Of a stretch of 56,554 nt of DNA, positions 1-10,700 are shown piece after piece (position 1 is the first letter of the stretch; each line of letters opens with the position of its first letter). The translations under genes were made by a program, and so were the position numbers. The stretch spans positions 1-56,554 of IMG/VR virus record IMGVR_UViG_3300014201_000010; one strand, written 5' to 3'. The notes under the pieces are model-generated. The model was not told the origin of the DNA. It did no database searches and was given only the letters and a program-made list of their open reading frames with translations. This DNA comes from a virus. Taxonomy: Duplodnaviria > Caudoviricetes.

Positions 1-66
1 GCGCGAGGATCGACTGTAAATCGATTGTCTATGGCCCGCTAGGTGCGACTCCTAGGGTATCCACCA
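1..66 (+). tRNA. tRNA-Tyr(GTA), 3' portion (5' portion at 56532-56554)
   Basis: Anticodon arm ATCGA-CTGTAAA-TCGAT, long variable region, T-arm CTAGG-TGCGACT-CCTAG, 3' acceptor strand GGTATCC-A-CCA pairing with GGATATC at 56532. Confidence 0.85.
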
Positions 67-314
67 AATAGAGGGTTTAGGATGAATAACGATTATTTAA
101 AAGAAAAAATAAAATTAATACAAGAACTGGTTAATATCCAATCAGGCGATGAGATTTTATGGGCTATAGTATTACCTAATGTAATGCAGACAGCTCAAGA
201 AGCTTATTTACAGGAAAAATTAAGAATATTGCACTATCTTATAGAAGAAGATGATATAGAAGATATGAAAATAATAATTGAAAATGAAAGAATTAAAACA
301 AAGGAATCTAATCC

Positions 315-1217
315 ATGATTAAATCATTTCCAAAAGTATTCTCATTAGGGCAAAACTACATTGGAGATATTCTTCAAGGTGAGATAGAAATTACTGAGAA
401 GGTTGATGGCTCGCAATTTTCATTCGGTCTTATTGATGGAGAATTATATTGCAGAAGTAAAGGTGCAGATTTAAATATCCTTCAGCCTGAGAAGATGTTC
501 AAAGATGCTGTTAATTACATTCTTTCAATTGAAAGCAAGATGCCAAATAATACAGTATTTTACTGTGAATATTTGAAGTCTCCCAAACATAATGTTCTTA
601 AATATGAAAGAATACCTAAAAATACATTATGTTTATTTGCCGTATATCAAAAAAATGTAGATTTATTTTATTGCCAATATTCATTTCTTCAAGAAATGGC
701 AGAATTACTATCTATAGACTGTATCCCTTTATTAGGATCAGGAGAATTTCAATCTTTAGAATTAGATAACATTCTTGATACCGAATCTTATTTGGGGGGG
801 GCTAAAATTGAGGGATTTGTCGTTAAAAATTATAAAAAGCCTTTCTTGTTAGGTGGCCAGCCTATTCCTATTATGTGCGGCAAGTATGTATCAGAAGGAT
901 TTAAGGAAATACATAAAAAATCATGGTCTAGAGAACATACAGGAATAGGTAAATGGGAACAAATGAAAGAAAGTTATAGAACAGAAGCCAGATGGCATAA
1001 ATCAGTTCAGCATTTAACTGAGAAAGGAGAATTAGAAGGTTCTCCTCGAGATATTGGAAAATTGCTTATTGAAGTGAAACGAGATATCACAGAAGAATGC
1101 CAAGAGGATATTAAAAAATTCTTATGGCGTGAATATGGTGAAGAGCTTTTGAGATATTCGATTAAAGGATTTCCTGAATTTTATAAACGGTATTTAGCTA
1201 AGGATATTATAGAATGA
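315..1217 (+). CDS. ATP-dependent RNA ligase (Rnl2-like)
   Basis: Nucleotidyltransferase motif I EITEKVDGSQF, motif III-like FYCEY, motif IV IEGFVVK; 300 aa. Confidence 0.8.
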   Translation: MIKSFPKVFSLGQNYIGDILQGEIEITEKVDGSQFSFGLIDGELYCRSKGADLNILQPEKMFKDAVNYILSIESKMPNNTVFYCEYLKSPKHNVLKYERIPKNTLCLFAVYQKNVDLFYCQYSFLQEMAELLSIDCIPLLGSGEFQSLELDNILDTESYLGGAKIEGFVVKNYKKPFLLGGQPIPIMCGKYVSEGFKEIHKKSWSREHTGIGKWEQMKESYRTEARWHKSVQHLTEKGELEGSPRDIGKLLIEVKRDITEECQEDIKKFLWREYGEELLRYSIKGFPEFYKRYLAKDIIE

Positions 1218-1420
1218 ACTTTAGTGATGCTCTTATACAATTGAAAGCTGGCGAGAAAGTGAGAAATAAATCCTGGGCTACTGAATATCCAGGATATTTG
1301 GTAAAGAGAAATAATAAAATTTATTATCACGAAGAATTATATACAATAGTAGGTGATTTCATTTTACATAGTGAAGACCTATTATCTAATGATTGGGAAA
1401 TAGTAGATGATATGCGATAA
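1214..1420 (+). CDS. DUF2829 / Tad2-like (Thoeris anti-defence sponge family) protein
   Basis: MNFSDAL..LKAGEKVRNKSW N-terminus and SEDLLSNDWEIV C-terminus. Confidence 0.65.
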   Translation: MNFSDALIQLKAGEKVRNKSWATEYPGYLVKRNNKIYYHEELYTIVGDFILHSEDLLSNDWEIVDDMR

Positions 1421-1666
1421 ATGCGGTGATAAACAATTAGGAGGCGTCCTTCTTGATTTCCCAGATAGAGGGAGATGCTATATGTGCATTGAAAAATATC
1501 CTCTCACTTTACCTAAAGAATTTGGTGATGCTCTTCGTAAAATATTAGATGTTCAAGAAGATAAGCCTTTTGTTTTACCGGATAGAACAGGTGAATATTC
1601 AAGAGTAGATTAGCCTATTCTCCTATGATATGCTTATTATCCTTATTATTTATTTAAGGATTATTT

Positions 1667-2389
1667 ATGTTAATAACGCCACCAGGGCCGGTGACAGGAT
1701 TAGTTATTAGTGTTGCTAGCAACACTACTTTATCCATATTACCAGGAAATGCTTTAGATTCTTTTGGAACTACATTACTCAACCTTCCCTATTTTTTAAC
1801 GTTAAATTCTGGAACAACTGGAGTCAATGGTATTGATACAGGCTCTGTGGCTCCAAGTACATTCTATGGAATATATGCGATAGGGACGACAGCTAATCCA
1901 GCTACTATTGGTTCTATTATGTCAACTTCGTTTTTATTCCCTACGATGCCATCTGGATATAATATATATAGACGAATAGGGTATGCATTAACCAACTCGG
2001 CGTCTCATTTTGTAGCATTTGTCTGTACTCCTACGCCATCATCTAAGATTTATATTTATCCGTCGCCTGTTTCCGTCTTATCAGCAGGAACGGGGACATC
2101 TTACACTCAGATTGATTTAACTGGAAAAGTTCCGGCCCTTATTTCTATTCCAGTTTTATTCAATTCTTCCTATACTGCAAATGCAAATGGTAATTATTTC
2201 AGTTTGATAGCTGATATTACTGCAACCACTATCCCCAGTTTTATTAGTGATAGTGCTAATGAGCCTCTTGTGTCTCAAGTATCACTAAATGCTGCTCTTA
2301 TTATGGGGGCGCCTAGTATTTATTATTTGGTGCAAACGAGTGATAGTTTAGATTTATCACTTGTTTCTTTTGAAGATTACTTAAACTAA
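1667..2389 (+). CDS. Putative virion (capsid decoration-like) protein, paralogue of 13008-13751
   Basis: Shared blocks ASNTTL, GVNG(I/L)DTG.VAP.T.Y and P.PV.VL..GT.T with the gene after the coat. Confidence 0.6.
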   Translation: MLITPPGPVTGLVISVASNTTLSILPGNALDSFGTTLLNLPYFLTLNSGTTGVNGIDTGSVAPSTFYGIYAIGTTANPATIGSIMSTSFLFPTMPSGYNIYRRIGYALTNSASHFVAFVCTPTPSSKIYIYPSPVSVLSAGTGTSYTQIDLTGKVPALISIPVLFNSSYTANANGNYFSLIADITATTIPSFISDSANEPLVSQVSLNAALIMGAPSIYYLVQTSDSLDLSLVSFEDYLN

Positions 2390-2598
2390 AGGAGATCTAA
2401 AATGCGTTATTTTGTTCATTGCAATTATATTACTCACGATATAAATGGAGGTTATTGTACTGTTATAGAAATGAATGGAAAGATTGAAAACATTGATGAT
2501 ATTAAAAGTATAGGCGAATTGCTTGTTCAAGAAATAGAGGAAAAAGTACAAAAAAAGGTACAATCTATCTCTATAACAAACTATATAGAGATACATGT

Positions 2599-3264
2599 TT
2601 AAATAAGACCTAATAATCTGTCCAGGCCTATTGATATTTCGTGAATTTGATAGCCTGGAAGATCATTTCTAATACTGCATCCCGCTACTTCTAATTTATT
2701 AATGTGCCAATCTATAGTTTTGATACTGTAATGTGGCAAATCGGTAGGTTCTTCAAGATAATTCTCATTACCCATATTAGAAAATCTTGTTTGAATAGCT
2801 TCTATTCCCCTTTCCATATAATTAGCCTTAGTTGATTCAGCGCAGATAAGCTCGAATTCTAGCTGCCAGAATTCACGTAATCTTAATTTGCTCGCCCTCA
2901 TCGTATCAGATGTTTTTTCATCTCTGAATGACTTGCCTGTTTGCCATATGCAGATAGGTAACAACTTATTGCGTTGGTTTTCTTGAGGAAAAATATCAAA
3001 GAAAGCCTGAAAACAACCACCCGCTATTTCAGGTCTTAAATAACCATGTTCAGTTTGTATCATAGGGAAACCTTCATCAGTATGCCCTTTTAGATAAGAT
3101 TCAGGTGTTAATATAGGAGTTTCTATTCTACAGAACTTCACAGCAGGATTAAGTCTAGTCCATGTTTTTTTAAGGATTTGGTAAATAATCTTTGTAATAG
3201 CTTCTCTTTCTTCGATTTCCTGTTCGTTCCAATAAACGGTTGCATTTGAATACATTTGTTTCAT
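2599..3264 (-). CDS. Truncated glycyl-tRNA-synthetase-like class II aaRS catalytic domain
   Basis: LRPEIAGG, motif 2 GKSFRDE...LRLREFWQLEFE, HYSIKTID, LEVAGCSIRND, motif 3 HEISIGLDRL; protein ends right after motif 3. Confidence 0.8.
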   Translation of the reverse strand: MKQMYSNATVYWNEQEIEEREAITKIIYQILKKTWTRLNPAVKFCRIETPILTPESYLKGHTDEGFPMIQTEHGYLRPEIAGGCFQAFFDIFPQENQRNKLLPICIWQTGKSFRDEKTSDTMRASKLRLREFWQLEFELICAESTKANYMERGIEAIQTRFSNMGNENYLEEPTDLPHYSIKTIDWHINKLEVAGCSIRNDLPGYQIHEISIGLDRLLGLI

Positions 3265-3382
3265 TTATTTACCTTTTAGGATATGATATATCCCATTATT
3301 TATAATTTATAAAAAATGTCAATGGAAATAATAAGAGCTACTGAATTATTATTAAAAATGAAAACTTACTTGGAGAAACATA

Positions 3383-3601
3383 ATGGCTAAAATTACTTCC
3401 AAACGTAGAAATGATTTATCTAATAAGGAGTTTGCATTACCAAAAGAAAGAAAATACCCACTTGATACAAAAGGAAGGCAAATAAATGCCAAAGCTAGGG
3501 CCACTCAAATGGAAGAAGAAGGTAAATTAAATAAATCTACAGCTGCTAAAATTAAAGCTAAAGCTAATAAGAAATTAGGTAAAGGTAAAAAAGAAAAATA
3601 A
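3383..3601 (+). CDS. Small basic phage protein
   Basis: Lys-rich, FALPKERKYP motif, GGAG RBS. Confidence 0.5.
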   Translation: MAKITSKRRNDLSNKEFALPKERKYPLDTKGRQINAKARATQMEEEGKLNKSTAAKIKAKANKKLGKGKKEK

Positions 3602-3698
3602 TTCCATTTAGGTAATTATTTGGATATAATCTGTTACGAAAATATTATAGCGTGGGCATTAATATTTTCATTTTTATTATTAACCTCGAGGAATTGAC

Positions 3699-3896
3699 AT
3701 GAAAGAAGAAGGCAAAATGCACAATAAAGAAATGCGTCATATAGCTAAACACATGATGAAAATGGATAAGCATCTTGAAAAAGCACGTGAACATCACAAA
3801 ATGGCTATGGATAGTATGGGCAGCAAAGAAGAGCCTAAAATGAAAAAAGAAGAGAAGATGGAAAAGAAAGGACGTGGTCGACCCAAAAAGATGTAA
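3699..3896 (+). CDS. Small basic protein with C-terminal AT-hook
   Basis: Ends KGRGRPKKM; GAGG RBS. Confidence 0.5.
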   Translation: MKEEGKMHNKEMRHIAKHMMKMDKHLEKAREHHKMAMDSMGSKEEPKMKKEEKMEKKGRGRPKKM

Positions 3897-3928
3897 TTAG
3901 ATGCCCCTTTGTTGGGGCTATATTACAT

Positions 3929-4006
3929 CTGGGTATAGCGCAGCCTGGTCAGCGCTCTTGCCTTGGAAGCAGGAGGTCGTAGGTTCGAATCCTACTACCC
4001 AGACCA
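3929..4006 (+). tRNA. tRNA-Pro(TGG)
   Basis: Full cloverleaf: CTGGGTA/TACCCAG, anticodon loop CTTGGAA, GTAGG-TTCGAAT-CCTAC, encoded CCA. Confidence 0.95.
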
Positions 4007-4733
4007 ACATTATTTCAACAGGATAATAATTGATGGATATTACGATAGAAAAAGATGGTAAAGAACCATTCGACTATAAAAAAGCATTGGACGGATATCC
4101 AGTAGTAGATGGATGGCATAGAGAAGTGTTTATTTTATATAAAAGAGAGGAGCCATCGCAATTTCCTTTAGTTGGTATTACTAAATGTAGTAATCATGGT
4201 GAATTCATATGTGAATTCACTTTAGATGGTATTATTAAAAGGGATAATAAGTGGTCACAAGGGCCCTCTATTTGGATGAAGACAGGAGATTTGAAAGTAA
4301 CAGTTAGGGTTAGAGAGAATGGCAAAATTGTTAAATGGGAAGAAACAGAAGCGTACAAAAAACAAATTAATAGAGAAGAATTAATTTTGAAAAAAATGCG
4401 TGGCTTAAGAAACGGTACCGATATAATGGAAAAGATTATTGCAGAAGGTTATTTAGAAGCTTTAGAGTGGATTTTAGAGGATAAACATGCTGAAAGTTAA
4501 TCCTTTAGGTGGCGTATATATAGATAATAAAGCTGCAATAGATAGAGCAAAAGCCGCTGATTTGATTACATTACCAAAAAACATACAAGGAACTAACTGC
4601 CTTAATTGTAAATTTGTATCGTTAGTAAGAAGTAATTATGGATATTGCATGAATCCAAAAGTGAAACAGAATGTAAATAATAGAATGTGTTGTGCGCTAT
4701 GGTCGGCGCATGGTCAATGGGAAGCTTGGAATA

Positions 4734-5069
4734 ATGACAAAAAAGATTAATTCTAAAGATAAAGGTAAACGTGGTGAACGAGCCTGGAAAGACATATTAC
4801 ATTCTGCTGGCTTTACTAGTGCTTATCGTTCTCAGCAATTTTGCGGTTCAGAACATAGCGCGGATGTTATTTGTTCAGAATTAGCTAAATATCACTTTGA
4901 AGTCAAATGGGTTGAAAAGCTAAATGTTAGAGATGCATTAGAACAAGCATCTACTGATTGTGGAACAGCTATTCCTATTGTGGCGCATTACAAGAATAGA
5001 GGTGAATGGCTTATTACGATGAAAGCTTCTGATTGGCTGAAAGATTTAAAGGTGAATAAATGTTATTAA
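4734..5069 (+). CDS. Holliday-junction resolvase (Hjc-like PD-(D/E)XK nuclease)
   Basis: INSKDKGKRGER, ADV, HFEVK motifs. Confidence 0.75.
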   Translation: MTKKINSKDKGKRGERAWKDILHSAGFTSAYRSQQFCGSEHSADVICSELAKYHFEVKWVEKLNVRDALEQASTDCGTAIPIVAHYKNRGEWLITMKASDWLKDLKVNKCY

Positions 5070-5216
5070 AATATCCAATGATGCAAGAATTTGAATATAT
5101 GTATTCTACAAATGGCGTGCCTTATCCGTTAGACAGCTATTTGTATTCAATAGGCGAGCCTACAACTGATGAAATAGCTAGTTTGATTCAATCTGATGAA
5201 TATATAAGGAAATGTA

Positions 5217-5492
5217 ATGATTAATTATACATGCAGACGATGTAGCGGTACTAAAAATATGATGGTAGGAGGAGTTCCACGTAAATGTAATCTGTGTAAT
5301 GGGACTGGTAGATATGAAGAAAAAGAATCATTATTGCAATTTTATAATGAGGGAACTTCTATACCAAAACCGCATTATCAATATGACGATAGTGATTCTG
5401 TCCCTTTTGACATAAATGATTATATTAAACCAGATGAGACAAAATCCAATGCGCAACCAAAGAAACGTGGTCGACCAAAAAAATCAGTTTGA
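5217..5492 (+). CDS. Zn-finger (CxxCxGxG-like) protein with C-terminal AT-hook
   Basis: CRRCSGT...CNLCNGTG; KKRGRPKK. Confidence 0.55.
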   Translation: MINYTCRRCSGTKNMMVGGVPRKCNLCNGTGRYEEKESLLQFYNEGTSIPKPHYQYDDSDSVPFDINDYIKPDETKSNAQPKKRGRPKKSV

Positions 5493-5623
5493 ACTGTTGC
5501 AAAAAAGACAACAGCTCAATGCTGAGAATGTTCGTATTAGATATAAGAGAAAGAAAAAAATAGATCTAAATTACGTTTCTTTTGATTTAGCGGAAGATAG
5601 AGATAAAAATATAATAATTAATC

Positions 5624-6106
5624 ATGGCAAAACAAGTTGAGTATTATAAAGATAAACAGTTTTACACCAATTCGGATGGTTTGACCTCTATGCAACGTAA
5701 ATTTTGTGAAGAATATTTAAAAGATGAAAATGGCTTTGATGCTACAAAAGCAGCTAAGGCTGCTGGCTTTAAATATCCTATGCAATCAGGATATCAAACG
5801 TTGCATCGTAAATCAGTCCAAAAATATTTAGAACCTAAATTACGAAACGTGGAGAGAGAATTACAAGTGGACCTTCATTGGAAAGTAAAAAAGCTAAGTA
5901 AGCTCATAAATGATACAATACCAGATGATGTTCCCATTACAAATGCTCAATTGGCTAAGGTTGGACTTGATGGAATAGCTGAATTGAACAAGATGCAAGG
6001 AGATATAGCGCCTGTTGTCAATAAGAACTTTAACGCCAATATCAATATGGATGCTGATCCTGAGATATTGGATGAATTAATTAAACAATATGAACGAGAA
6101 TATTAA
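5624..6106 (+). CDS. terS: Terminase small subunit
   Basis: LTSMQRKFCEEYL...DATKAAKAAGF HTH typical of TerS; ELNKMQG C-terminal motif. Confidence 0.8.
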   Translation: MAKQVEYYKDKQFYTNSDGLTSMQRKFCEEYLKDENGFDATKAAKAAGFKYPMQSGYQTLHRKSVQKYLEPKLRNVERELQVDLHWKVKKLSKLINDTIPDDVPITNAQLAKVGLDGIAELNKMQGDIAPVVNKNFNANINMDADPEILDELIKQYEREY

Positions 6107-6942
6107 GTGAGGATTTTATGTCAGTAGTAACCGAAATTAATCAGCACTACGCTGCAGAGCATCCAGTTCCGCGGCATACTTTTGAGGTTTCTCAAAAAGA
6201 GATTAAGCGCCTTACTGGATTTATCAATCAGATGGTAAAGATTTTTATAGAAAGGAATATTGAATTTCCTGCTGAAATTAGACGATTTTATTTAGATCAT
6301 GATCCACAACGTGATGCCGTTAGAGCCAAAATTAAACATGATTTAACTGTTTTAGCCCAGCTGAAGCAAGACACTATTGCTCATCAATCTTATCAAGGTA
6401 GATAAATATGACTAAAAAAGCTGAAAAGACTAAAAAAGAATCAAAAGTTCCAGAAGTAACCATTATTGGATACAAACCAAAGCAATCAGTTCGTATAGAA
6501 AAAGCTGATAATGGCTATACAGTCTGTACTCATGGATTAACGGGTGAAAAGACCTTGATAGCTAAAACTATGGATGAAGCTTTGAAAAGCGCTAAAAAGC
6601 TTATGGGAAAGAAGGATAAAGTAGGATGAGTTTACTATAAATAATATTATGTTGATTCCTATACTAGGGCTTTTAGTAGTTTTATTTGGTGTGTGCTGTC
6701 ATTCTTGGGTGGCAATACCCATAATTTTAATTGGTTTGTGGTTATTAGGAAAAGTTATTATATTAATAAACAAAATTAACTATTTGTTTATTAATGAATT
6801 TTCTTAATAAAGCATTTCCATATCCTATTCTTATTAGTCCCAGAAAAGTACACCATCCGATGCCAGTTCAGATATGGAATAAGAATATATAACATCTGTA
6901 TCGCCTATTTTGAGCAGGCGCTGAGCAGGCGTTAGCTGCTAA

Positions 6943-9084
6943 CTAACTTTTATAAGTGGTAGGAAAAAGAGTTTGCAGTAGCTTATGATGGTGATCGGCA
7001 TGATCTTTCTCAACATTATGATGATGTTGAGCTTCTTGTATGGCTAAATCAGCCGCAGCTCTTACTTTTTCAGTCTGTTGTTTACCAGCTTCTATGAGAT
7101 TTTCCTGATGATCTTGATGAGCTTGCATAATAATCTTTATTCGATCATTTTCTGAATCTTGTTGAGCTACTCCCACCTTGGCGGCCCCCAATGAAGCCTC
7201 TTGTTGCATTTTTTGAGCACGTAATTGCAGCTCTTGTTGTTCTAATTGCATTTTCATTTGCATGGGATTGGGTTGATTTTGAGCTTGTTGTTTTTGTTGC
7301 ATCAATTCGTTCATATATTCATCAGCCATGACTTTTAATTGGTCAGAATCTTTGCATTCTAAGTTGCTCACAAATACACCAAGTCCTTTTTCGTTCATAA
7401 ATTGAGCGAATGCTGGCATTGCATTGGATGCTGAAATGATTTGATTTAATGCTTTAGATTTTTGAATGGCAAAACTAGAACCTGCTTCGACTTTTACATT
7501 AATGGCATTTCTACCATAATCGAAACTAATACTATTAGGATCTTCTTTATCATTAATGCGTATATAACTACGTTTAGAATCAGCATCTAATACTGGAATG
7601 GTTCTGGCGGTTACATAATATTTTGGCATCAAATTGACGTAAATCTTTGCGACTTGGGTTAAAGCTTGAAGAAATCCCACTACATAAGGCATCGCAGCTG
7701 CATTCGATTGAGTAGCGCCTTCTACAATCGCAACCCCCGATAATTGGTTATCGTTTACTCCCAAGGAAGCATCATAGGATCCCAGAATAGTTTGGGATAA
7801 TCCATCCATGCCTACGAAGGTATTCATGATTTCAGGGGGGATAGGGGGTCGTACAATTTCACGAGGAGGAGGCAACGTTCCATATTGTGGATTATTATTA
7901 TGGAAAGCATTATAGATCAGGACATTTGGAACCTGATTATTTTTATAAGCTTCAACATATTGAGCTGGAATTGCTTCCTTAGCTACCATGAATTTATGTT
8001 GCACCATACTTTGAAGCTCTTGTGCCAAGCATTGGCCAGCAAAGTTCTTTAATTTTTGAGCCCCCTGCAGATGATAGCAGTAAGGTCTTGTCATTCTTTG
8101 AACCGGTCCGTCAGAACTATCACGTAAATAAATGGAATTTCCATCTACAAAGACAAGAGGTAAATCTTCGAAATCTGTATCTTCTTCTTCTAGAATTTGC
8201 GTCGAGATAAAGATAGTTCGCTTGATATTCGTTATTTCTGATTTACGTCTTTTTACAACAATAGGAGGTTGCTCAAAAGGATTGGTTTGAGACCAGTTCT
8301 TAATTTTCTTTTTATAGTCTTTTTCAATCATTGTTTTGCCGTCAGAAAGCAATACAATTTCTTCATTTTTTACAACTTTTTCATAATAATCACACATTAA
8401 AACAATATCTTTATCACCTGCTTTGAATGTCCATGAAAATCCACCAATGTTCTTTTGTTCTTTGAATCTATCCCAGTCAATATCAGGATATTTTGCGGCT
8501 AATTCATTTTTAGACTTAGGATAAAGATGAAAACAATAACGTCCATCTGATTTTGTAGGTAGCATCGCCAATGGATCGAAGCCTGTGAGAGTAGGTTCAT
8601 AAACACGTCCAAATTTAATCACTTGATTGAAAGACATAGGGTGAGCATATTCAGTCCATACTTTCCAAACACTCCATCCCCCGCTTAATGTATCAGTCCA
8701 TGTATTATATTCACATCCATCTTTATTAGTTTCAAACAATTCATGTCTCAGATAACCCTCCACAGCTTTAATAGTTTGCATATCAATGGTGGTGTCATCA
8801 GCAGCAGATGTTGCAAAAGAAGGTTCCTGTTTTGAAAATTCACCGCGTAGGCGAGAGACAAATGCTTCTTGAATATTGAATTCGATTGATGGTTTGCTAA
8901 TAGATGAATTGATAGATATCTCATCATCCTTCATGCTGGTATTGAAGACAAAACGGCGAGATTCATGGTAACGAGTAATATTGTGAGCATCATATTCTCT
9001 CGATTCTTCGACATTCTTTTTAAATCGTTGAAGTTTTGTTTCTTCTGATTCATCTTCCTGATTTTTAGCGTCTATATTGTTCAT
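6943..9084 (-). CDS. Portal protein (P22 gp1-like)
   Basis: 713 aa, directly downstream of TerL, SGVAI motif, long Gln-rich C-terminal coiled coil. Confidence 0.85.
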   Translation of the reverse strand: MNNIDAKNQEDESEETKLQRFKKNVEESREYDAHNITRYHESRRFVFNTSMKDDEISINSSISKPSIEFNIQEAFVSRLRGEFSKQEPSFATSAADDTTIDMQTIKAVEGYLRHELFETNKDGCEYNTWTDTLSGGWSVWKVWTEYAHPMSFNQVIKFGRVYEPTLTGFDPLAMLPTKSDGRYCFHLYPKSKNELAAKYPDIDWDRFKEQKNIGGFSWTFKAGDKDIVLMCDYYEKVVKNEEIVLLSDGKTMIEKDYKKKIKNWSQTNPFEQPPIVVKRRKSEITNIKRTIFISTQILEEEDTDFEDLPLVFVDGNSIYLRDSSDGPVQRMTRPYCYHLQGAQKLKNFAGQCLAQELQSMVQHKFMVAKEAIPAQYVEAYKNNQVPNVLIYNAFHNNNPQYGTLPPPREIVRPPIPPEIMNTFVGMDGLSQTILGSYDASLGVNDNQLSGVAIVEGATQSNAAAMPYVVGFLQALTQVAKIYVNLMPKYYVTARTIPVLDADSKRSYIRINDKEDPNSISFDYGRNAINVKVEAGSSFAIQKSKALNQIISASNAMPAFAQFMNEKGLGVFVSNLECKDSDQLKVMADEYMNELMQQKQQAQNQPNPMQMKMQLEQQELQLRAQKMQQEASLGAAKVGVAQQDSENDRIKIIMQAHQDHQENLIEAGKQQTEKVRAAADLAIQEAQHHHNVEKDHADHHHKLLQTLFPTTYKS

Positions 9085-10648
9085 ATACTCTGCTCTGCAT
9101 GGTGTTCAATTGTTTATAGTGAGAAGCCAATATGTTTACGACATCATCAGCTTGTGTATGCGAGGAAAATGTTCCACGAGAAACAACTTCATCGATGAGC
9201 CCTATCTTTATAGCGTCATACATGGTGTCTGCTATATCATCAAAACGATGAGCATCATTTGCCGTTATTTTTTCGCAATGAGATATACACATTTGAGCGT
9301 GGCGTGCATTTCTAAGGAATGAAATCCTTTTAGAGGCTTGATAAGGTTGAGCTTCTAAAAAGCGTGCTGTTTTGTTTCCTGATGCGCGAGTCCTTTCAAT
9401 ATCTAATATTTGTAATCCTTGCATTCCAGATAAAATAGAAGACATCGTGACGCCGGTAGATTTTTTTTCTATAGCTGCAATTTTTGGTTTGACTTTATGA
9501 CGCATGCAGCCTGCATAAAAATCCATAAAATTATTGAGTAAATCTTTAGGTTCCACGCGCAATTCAACGCAATCAATCCAGTGCAATCCTATTAAATCTG
9601 TTTCAATTTCAGTGGTTTCAGATAAGAAACCATTAGTCATTACATTAAATTTAGGTTGTTTTATTTTATAAAGGCCCCAAAAGCTAAAAACAGTCGCATC
9701 GTTATAATCTTTATCCGTTTCAGCTGTATCAATTGTTATGAAAGTAGAATAAATTTTTGGCTCTTCTGAAAGTAAGATGAAATCTTCAGCTTTGAAAATT
9801 CCATCTCCAGCGGGTAATGGAGTTTGTTGATATTGAGCAGCAAAGACGTATTTTTTATGCTCCTTCATTTTTAGAAGCATTTCTGTAGTGTGTTCTTCTG
9901 GATATAGAGCATTATTATTTTCATCTAATGCTGGGATAGAAATAACCGTCCAACCTCCTTGTTTGATAAGATTGGCAATTAAATCATCTTCATGTAATCG
10001 TTGACCTATGACCATTTTTGATGTAAGAGCCGCATTATTAACGCGACCCTCTAAAGAACGTAGATACCATTCATTTCTATCTTTTCTGATGGTTTCACTT
10101 AGCACATCATTTGCATCGATGATGTCATCTACCAATATAGACCCTCCATATCGGTTGCAATTTTTTATTCCGGCCCCTCTTCCAATAATGGTTCCACCGG
10201 CTCCGCAAGCATAAACAGAACCTCCTTTATCGGTATGAAAATTATGTTTAGCCCTAGTATCTTCTGTTACTTGAGTTCCAAAGAGCTTATAAAAGAGAGG
10301 ATGATTAATTATTTCTCTTATATATTGAGTTTGAGTGGTCGCTAATCCTTTTTCACATGACGTATAAAGAAAGTTGCAATCTCCATATCTTGCTATGGCC
10401 CAAGCTGCAAAATAAACCAAACTTATTGTTTTCCCATATCTTGGTGGAATAGCGATAATTAGGTTTTTTATTTCTCCATCAAAAACCTTTTTTAGAGCTT
10501 TAAAAATAGTAATGAAATGACTTTCTCGCCCTATCGGATTACTTAATACAAAGTCTTTCCCTGTTATTAATTTGAAAAAAACTTGAGTAAATAAGAGCGG
10601 AGAGCCTAAAAGTTTTGCTTTGTATTCTGTTAATTCTTGTGTATCCAT
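9065..10648 (-). CDS. terL: Terminase large subunit
   Basis: Walker A IPPRYGKT, GRGAG, Walker B ILVDD, GQRLHEDD, AQYQQTP, RNase H-like IDTA and DDIADT. Confidence 0.92.
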   Translation of the reverse strand: MDTQELTEYKAKLLGSPLLFTQVFFKLITGKDFVLSNPIGRESHFITIFKALKKVFDGEIKNLIIAIPPRYGKTISLVYFAAWAIARYGDCNFLYTSCEKGLATTQTQYIREIINHPLFYKLFGTQVTEDTRAKHNFHTDKGGSVYACGAGGTIIGRGAGIKNCNRYGGSILVDDIIDANDVLSETIRKDRNEWYLRSLEGRVNNAALTSKMVIGQRLHEDDLIANLIKQGGWTVISIPALDENNNALYPEEHTTEMLLKMKEHKKYVFAAQYQQTPLPAGDGIFKAEDFILLSEEPKIYSTFITIDTAETDKDYNDATVFSFWGLYKIKQPKFNVMTNGFLSETTEIETDLIGLHWIDCVELRVEPKDLLNNFMDFYAGCMRHKVKPKIAAIEKKSTGVTMSSILSGMQGLQILDIERTRASGNKTARFLEAQPYQASKRISFLRNARHAQMCISHCEKITANDAHRFDDIADTMYDAIKIGLIDEVVSRGTFSSHTQADDVVNILASHYKQLNTMQSRVYEQYRR

Positions 10649-10654
10649 GACCCT

Positions 10655-10663
10655 ATATTACCA
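10655..10663 (-). promoter_or_regulatory. Extended -10 (TGG-TAATAT) 6 nt before the terL ATG; probable leaderless transcript
   Basis: Minus strand reads ATGGTAATATAGGGTC-ATG. Confidence 0.45.
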
Positions 10664-10666
10664 TCC

Positions 10667-10697
10667 TGTGGATAACCTGTGAATAACCTGTGGATAA
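10667..10697. promoter_or_regulatory. Three tandem DnaA boxes, 11-bp period
   Basis: TGTGGATAA-cc-TGTGAATAA-cc-TGTGGATAA (reverse complement TTATCCACA / TTATTCACA). Confidence 0.8.
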
Positions 10698-10700
10698 CTA

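Noticed and set aside
43-81. 5' extension of first ORF
   Set aside because: Overlaps tRNA-Tyr; ATG at 82 is more plausible
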